Below are positions 40,307 through 54,150 of a stretch of DNA of 64,000 nt, in pieces (position 1 is the stretch's first letter; each line of letters opens with the position of its first letter). The position numbers and the translations under genes are program-made. The stretch is from Octopus vulgaris (taxonomy: Eukaryota). The stretch is taken from positions 127,224,001 through 127,288,000 of the forward strand of contig OX597814.1 of NCBI GenBank assembly GCA_951406725.2, read 5' to 3'. A model generated the notes under the pieces. It was given only the letters and a program-made list of their open reading frames with translations, was not told the DNA's origin and ran no database searches.

Positions 40307-41200
40307 TGAGGTTTGATCAATAAGTATCTGGACTGTTGCCATAGTAATGAAGCTAAAGCATGCAGAGTGAAGCCACTTGGCAAAGATTGACCTTGAACTC
40401 TGCTGTACATGTACACTAAGTTTTAACATTCTAGCTCACTTCTGCTGTTTACAGCAATGCTTGGAAGGAAGGTATGTAGCATGCGATCACTGCATTGACC
40501 ATGACAGAGAAAGTTGTCACGGCAATACCTGTTCAGAGGCCTATGCAAAGTTGCAGAAAGTGTATGGAGAGGAGTGTATGAGCTGCATACAAGTGTATGA
40601 GTGGTTCAGACTTTTCTAAGATGGCTGAAAAAATGTTGATTTTGACGAATGTTCTGGGAGACCTGCAACCAGCAGAACTGAGAAAAACATTGCAGATGCT
40701 TGTGCAGCTGTGAGGGGGAAATTGTCAAATCACCATCTGTGAGTTATCAGAGGATGTGCAGATTAGTTACGGTTCAGTTCACTTCATTATCACTGAAGAT
40801 TTTGGTATGAGACGCATGTCTGCCAAGTTTGTGCCAAAACTGCTTTCAGCTGACTAAAAAGACATTCAAGTTTCAGTTGCACAAGATCTCCTTGATTGTG
40901 TTGAGAATGATTAAAACTTTTTGAAAACTTTGCATAGGCCTCTGAGCAGGTATCACCAAGCTTTTGGCAAAATTTGATGCAGATTCTCTGCTCAACTCTC
41001 TGTCATGGTCAATGCGATGATCACATGCTACACATCTTCCTTCCAAACACTGCTGTAAACAGCGGAAGTGAGCTAGAACATTAAAACTTAGTATGCATGC
41101 ACTGCAGAGTTCAAGGTCAATTGGTGCCAAGTAGTTTCACTCTGTGTGCTTTAGCCTTGTTGCTATGGTAACAGTCCAGATAGTTATTGATCAAACCATG
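40307..41200 (+). mobile_element. Non-autonomous mariner derivative, copy 1 (894 bp, two 5' ends)
   Basis: TA-flanked ends TGAGGTTTGATCAATAAGTATCTGGACTG / CAGTCCAGATAGTTATTGATCAAACCATG. Internal HTH-region fragment EAYAKLQKVYGEECMS..VYEWF ... SGRP ... MSAKFVPKLLS. No catalytic domain. Confidence 0.92.
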
Positions 41201-42235
41201 TATAGCTCTAAATAATCCGCCTAATTATTAGCTTTTAAAATTCTTATATATTCTTATTATTTTAACTTCAAGATTAGTAACTTAAAATGCTCAAGTTGAA
41301 ACCAGATGTATTACTTGTCACTCTCATAAAAAATGGTTAAATGTTTGACACTAAGAAAATGCATGTAAGTAAATATAAAATATATCAAGTACAAAAATTC
41401 ATACAAAATTTCCAATTTGCAGACCCATTCAACAATTGATGAGAAAAAAGAAATCTGAAATCAATATATGAGGTAAGGCTAAATCATCTGAGTTTAAGCA
41501 TATTGGCCAAGTGATGTTCAATAGATACTAGGAAAAAATCAGATCTGCTTACAACCCACTTCCTCCAATATAATTTTTTAGTTCCTGCTTATAAGTTGTA
41601 ATACAATAGATTTAATGGCTATAACAAATAGAAATGATCAATGCTAAACAATGGTGATGCTTTGTAAGAACGCTAGAGTTACTATTTTGAACCCATCAGT
41701 AGCAGTACTTGCAAATTGTTTTGGATAGAGTTAAACATTCAAATGAAACAATTAACCAGTAAAAACTGAAATTAACCTGACTTACATAATCACATTTTTG
41801 ACTGATGTCAAATCATTATTTCCATGTTAGTATAGGTAGAGGAATGAGAATCTACAAGGAAATATATTCTACCTAAGAAGCTGTACAACTAATATTATAA
41901 CAATGCATGTATTACTGTTGAAAGGGGTTACTTATAAATGATGTGTGCTTTCTATAACACTTCTGTACAGAGCTGAGAGTTTTCACAAAATGATTTTAAA
42001 AAATTTAAAAAACCCTTAAAATAAAAGATATAATTTACAATCTGGCAAAAGAATCAAAAATGAACTTAAACTATAATTTTACCAGTGGGGTCTGCTGAAG
42101 GACCAAGCTTGTGATAATAAAATTATCTAAGAATTGTGGGATAACTGAATAGCAGGAGAGACTGCATAAACATGTTTTTAGAAAAACATAACATAAAAAG
42201 TGCTTCTATTTTCCATTAGTTTATTCATCTCGGAG

Positions 42236-42373
42236 TAGGAAGGGCATCCAGCTGTAGAAACTCTGCCAGATCAGATCGGAGTCTGGTGCAGCCATCTGGT
42301 TTGCCAGACGTCAGTCAAATCGTCCAACCCATGCTAGCATGGAAAGCGGATTTTAAACGATGATGATGATGAT
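42236..42373 (+). mobile_element. Family A 5'-truncated copy
   Basis: taggaagggcatccagctgtagaaac...agcatggaaagcggattttaaacgatgatgatgat. Confidence 0.88.
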
Positions 42374-42925
42374 TCCGACACATATAGAGGAAATATTACC
42401 AATGTTTAAAAAGTAATTCCAAAAGGGATGTAAGTACAGTCTACATTTTGAGGAATCCAGAACAATGATTATGATTAAGTTTATTACAAATCAGAAATAC
42501 ACATTAGATGATCGTTTTATAGTATTGTTTCTCGAGAGCATTTTTTGTCAACATAGCTCTCTGTTAGAATAACATTCCTCTTATTTCATCAACTCTGGAG
42601 AAATGAAAGACAAAAGTTGATCCTGGCAGAATTCTAACTCAGTATGTAGGGAGACAAAGCAAAATACTATAAAATATCTGGTCTGGTAACCTACTACTGG
42701 TATAAGTTAACAGCTTATATGAACAACAGCTGAGGACTAATTAAGAATGTGATAAAAGTAAACAGAATTAATGAGACAGAATTAACAATGATTTTTCAAA
42801 TTATACTCTATCTCATTTAGTCATTTAGTTGTAGCACAGGAGAGATAACGTTGTTCTTAATCTATATTTCAAACCATGCAGTTCACAAGAGAAAGGATTC
42901 ATTAACTATAAAATTAGATCATTAA

Positions 42926-43145
42926 TCCATTAGCATTCATATTACTCTGTCAACTGTAATGCTTATTTAGTCACATTATCTTGAATTAATCATGCATTAT
43001 CTCACATATTTGAGATTTTGATGATTTGATTATTTATTTTCAGAAAGACATTATAGGGTAGGAGTGAGAAGCTGGAGCTGGACAATTTGAACATAAATCA
43101 GATAGAATATTTGGGTCTGATATGGTCAGTTGTAACGCTAAAGAT
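42926..43145. mobile_element. piggyBac-like MITE, decayed
   Basis: TTAA on both sides; ends TCCATTAGCATT / AACGCTAAAGAT approximate a CCCTTTAGCATT TIR. Confidence 0.6.
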
Positions 43146-44197
43146 TTAAACTAAAAAGTTTTCATAGAGACACTATATCTTAAATGTATAAACTGCTAAA
43201 AGTCTAAGTATTAAAAAAAGAAAGGAGGGAAGAAGAGATAGAGATATACATTTGAAAGACAAGATACAATTAAAAGTGTAAATAACATCGTTTTTTTTAT
43301 TTTAACTTCATTACATGGCAAATTGTTTTAGGGGCTGAGAATAGCCAGCATCATTGGCACATATGCTATCAGTAGAAAAATAAAATGAACAGAAAAGCTG
43401 TCCCTTGTAAAATTCAAACTCAGTCTGCTCGAAAATGGAACTGAGATGAAATGGAATACTGTAAGACATTTAGACTAGGGCTTTACAGTTTCTGTTGACT
43501 AAACCATTCTTATCAACAATAGCACTGAACTTTTAATACATTATCTGGACCAACAGAAAAAATACAATAAAAATTTCTGAGGTCTGCTGTCTATAAATGA
43601 GGAGCTAATAGGAAAGTTGTGACATCTAAAATTTTGATGACAGAATGTTTAATTAATGTTTTAATACCTAAAATACACCAGTACCAAAGAACATGCACCC
43701 CACTTCCCACACACACAACAATAAAAAAGAAAACATGACTAAAGGATGAACCAGAAACATAACTGAAAGATGGACCACATCTTCACTGCCGCCACTCTCC
43801 TTTTTAGTTAGCATTAGATTTTTTCAGATTTTTATCTTCAATTATAAATTCATTAACATCTAGGATTCTTTAAACAAATATCAAATAAATCCCAGTACTC
43901 AAGTGGTATTGTGTTTTATTGATCCATCTTCCCAGCAGGATGAAAGGCAAAATTTCCATGGAAGTTCTGAACTCAGAATATAATGAACCATAACTAAATA
44001 CCACAAACAATTTGTCTCAGAATCCTAACAGCTCTGATAGACACACACACAGTCTCAACTGTTTGAACATCAGAGTTGAACAAAATCTGTAGTAGTTGGT
44101 GCCTAAGAAGGTATGGTTGTGTGATCAGCTGGACTAAGGATGGCCACTATAACTTCCAATCTCCCAAATTCTGCACTGAATTGTTACTAAAAGAATA

Positions 44198-44205
44198 TGT
44201 ATGTA

Positions 44206-44302
<97 letters not shown>
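44198..44302. repeat. Compound (GT)n(AT)n(AG)n microsatellite
   Basis: Seen directly in the sequence. Confidence 0.95.
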
Positions 44303-44304
<2 letters not shown>

Positions 44305-44519
44305 TGAAAGGTGTGGGCATCAGTCTTTCCCTTAGAGACAACAATAGATGAAAACCTGGAAATACTTAATTTCAAATGATGGTTATTTAAGAGAATCCAG
44401 AAAATTTGTTGCAGGGAAATTTGGAGAATATTACATAACCACTGAAATAGAACTTAATAAAAAGGACTATAAAAAAAAAATTCCACATTTTGGTCCTTGG
44501 CATTCCTGGTAATTTCCAA

Positions 44520-44888
44520 CTGTGAGTTGGTGTATCTGTGTCAAGTTACTATTGTACCTATGTTCTTGTATCTATATCAAGTTGTTAGTGCTGCATCCAT
44601 GTCAAATTAATGCTGTGGCAATGTCAAGTTACTGATCTTCTCACGTCAAGTTATTGATGTACCCAAGTCAAGTTATTGATGTACCTAAGTCAAGTTATTG
44701 ATGTACCTAAGTCAAGTTATTGATGTACCCAAGCTAAGTTATTGATGTACCCATGTCGAGTTAATACTGAATCTATGGTCAAGTTAGTACTGCAGCCATG
44801 TCAAGCTAGTGCTGTACTTAAATTACTTCTGCAATTAAGTTATTGATACATCTATATGAAGTTATTGATGTCTCTAAGTGAAGTTAAA
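44520..44888 (+). repeat. 22-bp minisatellite, five near-identical central copies and degenerate flanks
   Basis: GTCAAGTTATTGATGTACCYAA starts at 44645, 44667, 44689, 44711 and (variant) 44733. Confidence 0.9.
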
Positions 44889-46430
44889 ATGTTGAGATTT
44901 ATGGAAGCAAAACTAATGTTAAAGGAAATGAAGAATTGAAATTATCTTTCCATTTTGTCAATCTCTCCAAATTTTTTTTAATAGATCCATTTTCATGGTT
45001 TATTAAGCCTTCTCATTGCAACCAGCTATAGATATGTGCTCTGAAGTTACACACCACCTACAGCAGTTCTGCTTGTGACTCAATATTGCAGCAGATGCAA
45101 TATAATGTTTTCACAAGTATATTCTTCCAGTGATTATTATAAGACACTAAAAGATAAGCTGCAATTTTTCCATATAAAACTAATGTCATAATATTAAGCT
45201 AGATTTATACTAAAAGATGTAGACTGGGGCAATGTGATTGGCTTATATTTATTCATAACGTATCAAGTAGTCTTTCAGATAACAGAAGTACAGATTCCTT
45301 TTCTGTTATTGATACAAATAGAAATTCTGCCATAACAAATACAACATAAAATATTGTACATGTGTGCACACATGCACAAACACACACACATATGAGACAG
45401 ATTCATTTATGTGAAAGTGGATATTTTGCCAAAACATTAAATCTGTAAAAAAAAAAAAAAAACTGTTTATTCAACAGTTATATATAACTCATACAGTCCT
45501 CTTTGGTTTCTGGTTTCCCTGGTCTCTGATCCAAGAATTTCCATATATGTATTTACAATTTTATGCAAATATGCAAGTTTGCTGAACCATAAAGTCTCAT
45601 GTCAGGTTCAATCCCACTACATGGCATCTTGAACAAATTTAATTTTCTATAGCCATAAGTTTGCTTATACCTTGAGGATGAAATCAGATTGATGGAAAAT
45701 TGTATACAAACCCACTGAATGGATTGTACCTGCAATTGAAATTCAAATGTACTGTTTTGTCACAATATATCAGCTGATTCTGCATCAGAATGATGTTATG
45801 GGTACATTCCTGACTGTGGAATGCTCAGCCACTTTTTATGCTAATTCTTTGAGCAGGAAGGTAATTCAGTTGATCAAACAACTAAATCCTCATAGTTGAA
45901 GCTGGCAGAGAAACACACATACAGCTATAGAGTCAGTACACAAAACCTTTAATTATGATACTGACTCTTCTATCTGTAATTAGATTAATCATGTACTTCT
46001 TATATTAACTGAAAGCACACGTAGACAATGTGAAGCATCAAGCTATGTTGTAGCAATTTAGCCTGCTAACATTTTGGTTTAATGGTTATAACTATGCTGT
46101 TGTGGCCTTTTTATATTATTTATTAAATAATTTACAAACAATTAAACATTAGACAACACTTACAAAATTAAAAAAGGAGATTTTTATCAAATGTTCACTC
46201 TTAAAGAGCATCTTTGGTTACCAGTTCAAAAATCTTAGGAACATCAAAGTTAAAACTGAGCTTTTGAACATCTAAAGCAACTTATTAACCATTTTAAAAG
46301 AAATAAAATCAATGAAATACATAACCTCACCTTCTTGAGATCAAAGCATTGATTAAATATTAAATTCAAATGTAGCACAAAACATTAAATGAAATATAAA
46401 TTATATTGTAAGACTAAAAAGTGTGTCCCT

Positions 46431-46468
<38 letters not shown>

Positions 46469-48587
46469 AAAAAAATCAGTGTAACTATAAAATAGGGGTT
46501 AAATAAAAAATCTAGATCTAAAATTTACCAATAACTTGTTAGAAGCAGAATGGTTTGTAGCTTTATAGAAACCCTTAAATCTGATTTAATTATTTTCAAT
46601 GTAGAAAAGTCAAATTAATATATGTAAATTAAAAATTTTAACAGATCACATTACAATTTTCATAGTCTGTTTCCATAGCTCCTGAATACAACACATAACT
46701 AATTTAAAACCTTTAAAAATTGGTGCCAAAATAAAGATGTGCAGGATATATGAAGTGTTTTATTTAATAAAAGAAATACTAAATAGTTTATAGCTAAGAA
46801 AAAAACAAAATAAAACTAGGATTTAACATAGAAAACAGGCAATTAGCATAGATTGACAAACTTTCAGTTTTTACAAGAAGCAAATTTAAGCATACAAGAG
46901 TAAATAAATATCTTCTAACTAGTAAGCACATATTGTATAAGTATAGAGAAAGGGAAAATAATATGTTGAAATCAATTAGAAAGAGCAATGAATGGGTAAT
47001 AGATTATTAAATTTGCTATTAACCAGTCATGTAAAAATCTACATCTTTAAATGGTTTCATTGGCAGCTTGTTATATTCCTAAATAAGTAAAATATATCTA
47101 CTACAAAATTTAGGAGGTATCTATGAAGTGAGGTATTGCTGGTTTACCTATCTGTCTATATAAAATATCGTCAATATCAGTATTGCTACATTTGTTCAAG
47201 ATAAAATGATAGTATCATTTCTGGCTAGAATTTATTTACTAAATCAACAGATTTTAGAAAATTGCTAAAAGAAACTTGGGGTTTAATGTTCAACGGATGA
47301 TTTATAATATCCAAACAAGATGCTTCCTTAAAGCAACAAAAAACTATTTTAAGAGTGAGATAACAGGGTACTGAGATAATACAAGCAGATGTTTTAAAAG
47401 GACCTAGTCTCTCAATAATGCACAATGGAATTATGTTCCTGGATCAGTAGTGAGATAAAAGGACAGGATTTATTCTTAGACTTGGTGACAGAACTATAGT
47501 TTCAATCCTGAGAGGGAGAGGGAGGGAGAGAGAAGTGGGCAAGTAAACAGGAAGAACCAATCTAATCCTTTTGAGTCACTAAATCCAAGACTAAAATAGA
47601 ACATAGAACAAAGAGAGCATGTGAACACACACATGTACACACATAGTCAGACAGTGAGATCAATGTTGTGCTGATCAATAAATAGTTTCAGAATGTCTAG
47701 GTTAAGATGAAATATGTCTCCAAATTGTTTAAAATGTTGACAGGCTTATTAAGTGAAAATCGAAAATACAATTTGCTTTAAAGGAAAAGGCTAATTAAGA
47801 ATTATTGTGATAGGATAAATCAAAGTGATTTCAAATAGAAAGAAAAAAGAAAAAAAGAAAATGAAACAGGAGGTTGCTAAGATATTTAAAAAAAAATTAT
47901 TTAAAATAAAATGCAATCCTTCTTTATTTCAAAATTATATTGCACACATAGGTTTAATCATGTAGTGTTTGCTGAAAGACTCTTTTGAAATTACTAAAAA
48001 GAAAACTATGAGAGCAACCATAAATAAACAGATATACTGGTGCAGACCAAATATTTTATTTCTTCAATCACATTTACAACTTCAGTGTATAAAAATCCAG
48101 TTTTGTCAAGAGTTAAAGGAAACTTTACTTGACCAAACACATAAACCTCCAACAAATAGATGTGAATACAAGATGTTAGCTACATCATTTTACAAATACA
48201 TTAAACATTAATTCTGAACAATAATCTGCCTTAAAATTCAAAATATTACTTATGAATAAGTAAATTTATAGATGAATGACATAAATATAATTAAATATAT
48301 GTTGAGAGATTATTGATAGAAACTATAGAAAGGATGGGATAACTGAATTGCATCAATGTGAAAATAATTTCATGCTTGGAAAAATACCACAAAATTGAAA
48401 TCTATGCTGTGTGTGTATACATAAGAAAGAGACAGAGAAAAGAGTAGGTGCATGTTTTGTTGCAATTATAAAATATGACATGCAATCTGAGTTGTTGATC
48501 ATAAAAGAGGGAAATGAAATACATGTATAGTTTTAATGGAGGCAAAAAATGAACAGAAGACTAATTTGATAGTAAGTATTATCTCAC

Positions 48588-48599
48588 CTGCAGTTGACT
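48588..48599 (-). CDS. Candidate 12-nt alternative microexon of G(o) alpha (SQLQ) in intron 3
   Basis: Minus strand ttctcac-aattttgttttccttttcaaaaag|AGT CAA CTG CAG|gtgaga. Phase 0/0 matches the phase-0 start of exon 4; about 60 nt free of AG precede the acceptor. No transcript evidence available. Confidence 0.5.
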
Positions 48600-50337
48600 C
48601 TTTTTGAAAAGGAAAACAAAATTGTGAGAATATGAATAAACATGAAATTTCAATAAATGTTACTCAAGCTAAAATGCTAAGAGTAATTAATCAGCAGCAT
48701 TAAGACAATGTTATCAAATTGATATCAAAACGGTGAAGCCAAAATTGTAGTAATAAGAATGTAAAAATATTGTTTCTAAAAAGATTCAGCCATAAATATA
48801 GCCCTAGTGATGGGTAAAGTGGAATTTATTGAAGTAGATAGTCAATGAATATATTGAGAAAACTGAGAGAACCAGTTTTATATTTATACACACACATAGG
48901 TAGAAAAGTGGAGAAAGAGTATTCTTCAAAGTATCGTTATGTAGATTTCTTGCAAAACACAACACCAATTTTAACATTCAATTGAATTGATTCCAGATAT
49001 TGCTGGTTTTCTTTTATCAATGCTAATGAGGTGAAAGGTAAAAACCAGTGATGTCTGAACTCATTATGAACAACAACTAAAAAATATGAAGTATTATAGT
49101 ATGATGCTCTACTGCCTCAATCATTTCCAATAATCAAACAATATCATATAAACTTTGTATTCTCTCAAACATAATTAGTTTGTAAATATTACCAATTGAC
49201 AAACTACTGCATGCTGGAGAATGCAGTATGGTCTTCAATTAGCTAGAGATATGACATATCTGGAACAATGAATTTATGAATCACATCTAGTTGTTTGCAC
49301 TCAATCAGAGCTGCTTGAAAGTACACAAGTGGCAGATGATCTATTAATATGCCAACAATGTGAACTCAAAATTAAAATCTGTATAGTAAAAGTGTTAAAA
49401 TACATTGCCACCAGAAAGATAGGTATAAATAAAACATTTAATGTTATTAGCTTAAAATATGTTTCAATACAACAAAAATATTCAAACTAACATGTAATTT
49501 AGTAGGCAAAAATGTAAGATCAATCCACAAAGATGAAAATCAAACACTGAAATCATACAAAACAACAAGATGTGTTTTTATTGAACAGTTAATTTTGAAT
49601 TAGTCCTGATGGCTAGAAATAACACTGAAAATATCCTTAAAGAAAGAGTAGCTTTTATTTTTGTGACTAGGTACAAAAATCTTACATTTTAAGGGAGGTT
49701 TTAGAAATGGAGAATTGTAACATTTACACCTTTCTTAAGAACATTAACATAGGTGCAACAGATATGGCTGTGTGATTAAGAAATTTGCTTTGCAACCATG
49801 TGGTTCCAAGTCTGATCCTACTGCACAGCATCTTAGGCAGGTGACCAATACTCTGTGAATACCTTTGTGGTCAGAAACTGTACCTGTCATATGTGTGTAC
49901 TTGTGTGTACACTTATGTGCGCTTGCATGAATCTGTATTGAGGTGTCTGACGAAGCTGGTGCTATGTTGAAAAGGTAACTTAGCCACTTAATAGAAATAT
50001 ATAACTGAAATAAGTACTGGGGTTGACAAGGTCGACTTGTTGCTGCCCCAGCCTTGTTTGTAACTCAATAACTGAAACCAGTAAAAGAATAACATAAATG
50101 AAATGAAATAGCTTTAAATTGAAACTGCGCTGCAAACACAGCTCAGCAAGAGCTTTCTTGTTGATTTATTAGTGGCACAGATCAGTTTCAAATAAAGGAG
50201 AGTGAACTGAATTGCATGAAATTCCCTATAATTCCACCAATCAATGGTATTTGACAAACCCTACAATTTATTTATTTATAAATAAAACTGAATAAAATGC
50301 AGAAATTATTTGCATTAATTTTGTTTTAATCTTCTTG

Positions 50338-50372
<35 letters not shown>

Positions 50373-52788
50373 AAGTAATGATGAAATATATGTAACCATC
50401 TGAGATAAGTTTCGTAGCCAGATGGTAGAAATGTGTGATATGGAGAGAAGCGAAAGGATATAACCTTGATAAAGTTAGCTCAACTGAACAAATGTCTTCC
50501 ACCTTTTATATAGCAGGATATAGTGTAAACAGTATGAATGGTGATTCTTCAAGTCTCTAAGTTCCTTCTTCCAAAGATATATTATTTTGAGCAATGTAAA
50601 GTTAGAAAAGTAGACACATTGCTATTAGACTAGATCCTTTCCTATCACTTTTTTTTTTTAAATGACATGCAGAGATATGTTTCTAGAAAAATGTCAGAAA
50701 CTATTTTATATCAGATTAGTAATGTTAATTCACACACATTATTTAATGTTATATAAAAGAATTATAATTCTCTAACCTAGTTATCCGAAGTTGCAGGATA
50801 AGACAAAATTTGCCATAATAAAGTTGATCAACTTTTTCAAATTCCGTTTCAATTTTTTCTGTATAAAATATTAAACAGAAATTGTATTTTCCTAAAAGAG
50901 TTCTTTAAATAATTGGACTAAAATAAAACTAACAACAGAAAAATTTAATAGTTAACATAAAAAAAAAAGCTTTTACAACATATTAGTATCTTAAGTGTTT
51001 ATAAATTTGGTAATAATTCTTATCGAAAGCAAACTGCTTCCGCATTTGGCATAATTCACATTGGTGGTGTTCAGAATAACCGAGAGTTAAAAAGTAAAAT
51101 ATATCTGAGAAAGAAGTATAATGTAGCAGTTTATTTTAAAATGTTTTTTAAATACCTCAAATACACTAAAAACTGAAATAATTATTTAGAAATTAACAAG
51201 TATTCACATGAACTGTGAACTGTAATTAGAGGGTCAAATATGCTTTTTAATAAGTATTAGCATATGATGCTGATGATGATATTCCTAATACATAGGTCAT
51301 TTAAAGCAGGTAATTGAAAAGTTTGGACATTTTTGTCACCATATAAGATCACAAGTATTTTATTGAAATTTGAAAGCAATGTAATATGAAGCCACACACG
51401 TGTGTGAGTGAAACACAACCTTCTCGAAAGGTTACTTTTTATACAGACATAAAAAAAGCCCCAATGATATTTGAAGTATTTTAAAATGCATATCAGGCAA
51501 TATTAAAAAAAAAAATCCATGTTTTAATTTATACCAAATCAAATTTGATATCCAGCAAATGGGTTTATAAAGATTTAATTTGATTTGATGTTATTAACCT
51601 CAATCTCTACCTATTTTTAACAACTCTGTTGCTGAGGAACAGATTCACACGGTTTTCCTTTTGATAGCAGATGTTTGTATTTCTTTTTTTTGGTTTGTTT
51701 ACCTTTTTAACTGTTTTACATCCAGCCTTCCAAACTTGCACGAGTGAGATGGGTTTTCTGCAAATGCAATTATTTTTAGTCAGAAACCCTGGTGATGCTC
51801 CTGCTGGTACTGGTGATGTGAATGAAAATGTCCCTTTCACACCCAGATATGTGCAAACAAAAGGAGACAATGCAATGACGAAGGTGCACTCTTTAGTTAT
51901 GTTGAGGATTAGTCAACTTTTCTGCGGCCATTGGATGAAGAGCGAAAACAGGGTAGCGAGGATTTTTTAATCATGTTAGGGACAAGACAATCTTTGTGGC
52001 GCTGGTGCCATGATAAAATGCACCAAGAGCATGCTGTAAAATGGCTAGTGATAGGAAAGCTATCCAACTAGAAATCATGCCAAAAAAACGAATGTACTAG
52101 TGAGACTTGGTCCTAGGTCCATTTTGAGAGCATTAACTCCAAATAAGAACTGACGCGAACTGTGACTACTTGTCCAATCCATGCCAGAATAGGAAAGTGG
52201 ATGTAACAATGATGATAATTATAATGTTCCTAATACTATTCTCTCATCTGTGAAGTAAGAATAGAACCTGTTTTCTATCAATCTAACAAACTGGAGTAGT
52301 TATGTGCTTTGCTCATAAGCACAATGCAATGGCTGTAGTAAGATTTGAATTTAAAGCTATGAAAGTGGGTAGTCAAACAGTTTAACTTCATAAATTTCCA
52401 CTTTATTTATATAAGTCCAATAATTTGATTCTATTGATAAAGTACAATATCATAATAGGGAAAAGAAAATTCAAGCAAAACTATTTTATATATTCAGGAA
52501 AATTTGTCCTAGACTATATTTGCTGCAAGTGTTGTTGACCCCTTCAGAGTTGTGAAGCAGGCACATACTTATATACATGAATTGTATAGAATTTAGGTGG
52601 CGCATATATGAATAGTAAATTTAGCAAACGAGAATTGTCTCTAAGCTAATCAATATACAATAGAAAATATTTTTGTAATTCATTTTCCAAAATATGAAAT
52701 TCAGTTTCATTTTCTCAGCAACTGAAACCTAAGAGTGATATTTTACATGGCACTTTATAATAAGGTTTTGATAGAACCAATTATATTG

Positions 52789-52990
52789 ATTTCAAATTTT
52801 GGCACAAGGCTAGCAATTTCTGGGGAGGGGATAAGTCAGTTACATCAACCCCAGCGTTTAACTGGTACTTATTTTATTGACCCCGTAAAGATGAAAGGCA
52901 AAGTTTATCCTGGTAAACAAAAAAAAAAAAAAAAAATGCTGCTATGCATTTTATCCCATGTGCTAACAATTCTGCCAGCTCACTGCCCCC
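52789..52990 (-). mobile_element. SINE family B-related copy with alternative 3' end
   Basis: actggtacttattttattgaccccgtaaagatgaaaggcaaagt matches the family B core; a similar truncated copy lies at ~2647-2772. Confidence 0.75.
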
Positions 52991-53619
52991 ATAGAACTGA
53001 TTATATTGACATCAATACTTTGATAACCTCGTGAAGAACAGCAAAGACAAAAGGGACATAAAGAGATGAAACAAAGATGGAAAAAGATACAAGGTATTTT
53101 GTTTTTTTGATACATTGACACTCACCCACCTCTGACATGCTTTCATTCAGTTTAATCTACCAAATTTCACTCACAAGGCCTTGCTTGATCAGAGGCTATG
53201 GCAAAAAATGCTTACTCAAGGTGCTGCACAGTGAATTCAAATTCAAAACTATATGATTGCTAAAGCAAACTTCTTAACCATATGGCCAATGACTTAAATA
53301 GCTGTAACTGTCCTAGGAGATATCTTGCCACTGATAAAACAGATTTATCACAGGTATTAATTAAAAAAATGGTTTGCCTCAAAAGTGAAGCTCTCCTGCT
53401 AAATGGCAATATGCTCACATGTCAGTTTTAGAGTTATAATTCTGTACATATTTATATGTTTCTTTGCATGTTCAATGACAGAAAGGTAACAGATCTATAT
53501 AGAACAGGTATAGTTCAAAACTTTCTGTATTAGTGAGTGCTGAGTAAGGTTAAGGTGGTTTGTTGTTAGGCTCTACTTAGAAGCACTAAACATATTAACT
53601 TAAGTATTTTATCAATATT

Positions 53620-54150
53620 TATTGTGAGTATGAAAGATGGCAGCTATTTTAAAGACATTGCGGAATTGTTGAATGAGATATGGCTGCTAGATAAAGCAAG
53701 CTGTAAGGAGAAATGATTGGGAAAAATATATAATGCAGGATTTCAAGAGTGATATACAAAACTAATGACAAGAAGAGAGGCAGATGCTTTGAGCAAATCT
53801 GGGTAGAAGTGGTACACAAATTGGTAATTTAGATGAGCAGAGCCATTGTAGTACCAAAAGAGTAAGAGTAAAGAGATAAAACAATACATTAACGAGCCAA
53901 TGAATGCAATATCAGCACTATTCCATGTAGGCTTAAGTAGTTGCTTGTATAACATCAGTACTGTCCTATATATATATATATATAAAGTAGTATTGTGTGT
54001 GATCATTGGTCTGTAAGTAGTTCTCTAATGTGGGTCTAGGTAGTTTGGGTGAGTAATAAGTAGCACTGTTCCAACTAAATGAGTAGCTCCATAATTTCCT
54101 TTTGTGTTTAGGACAGGGCTGACACTGAAGTGTCTTTGTGGTCCTCAAAT
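53620..54150 (-). mobile_element. Decayed LINE 3' remnant
   Basis: Minus-strand YKQLLKPTWNSADI (YK..IRP.LEY-like) and SLLLLFWYYNG motifs. Confidence 0.45.

Noticed and set aside
46325-46350. Minus-strand donor AAG|GTGAGG as another microexon
   Set aside because: No pyrimidine tract or convincing acceptor upstream; the same applies to donor-like sites near 21915 and 62623.
50395-50426. 8-bp hairpin ACCATCTG...CAGATGGT with CGAAAC on minus, as a hammerhead ribozyme
   Set aside because: The CUGANGA box is missing, and a short stem like this is expected by chance in 64 kb.
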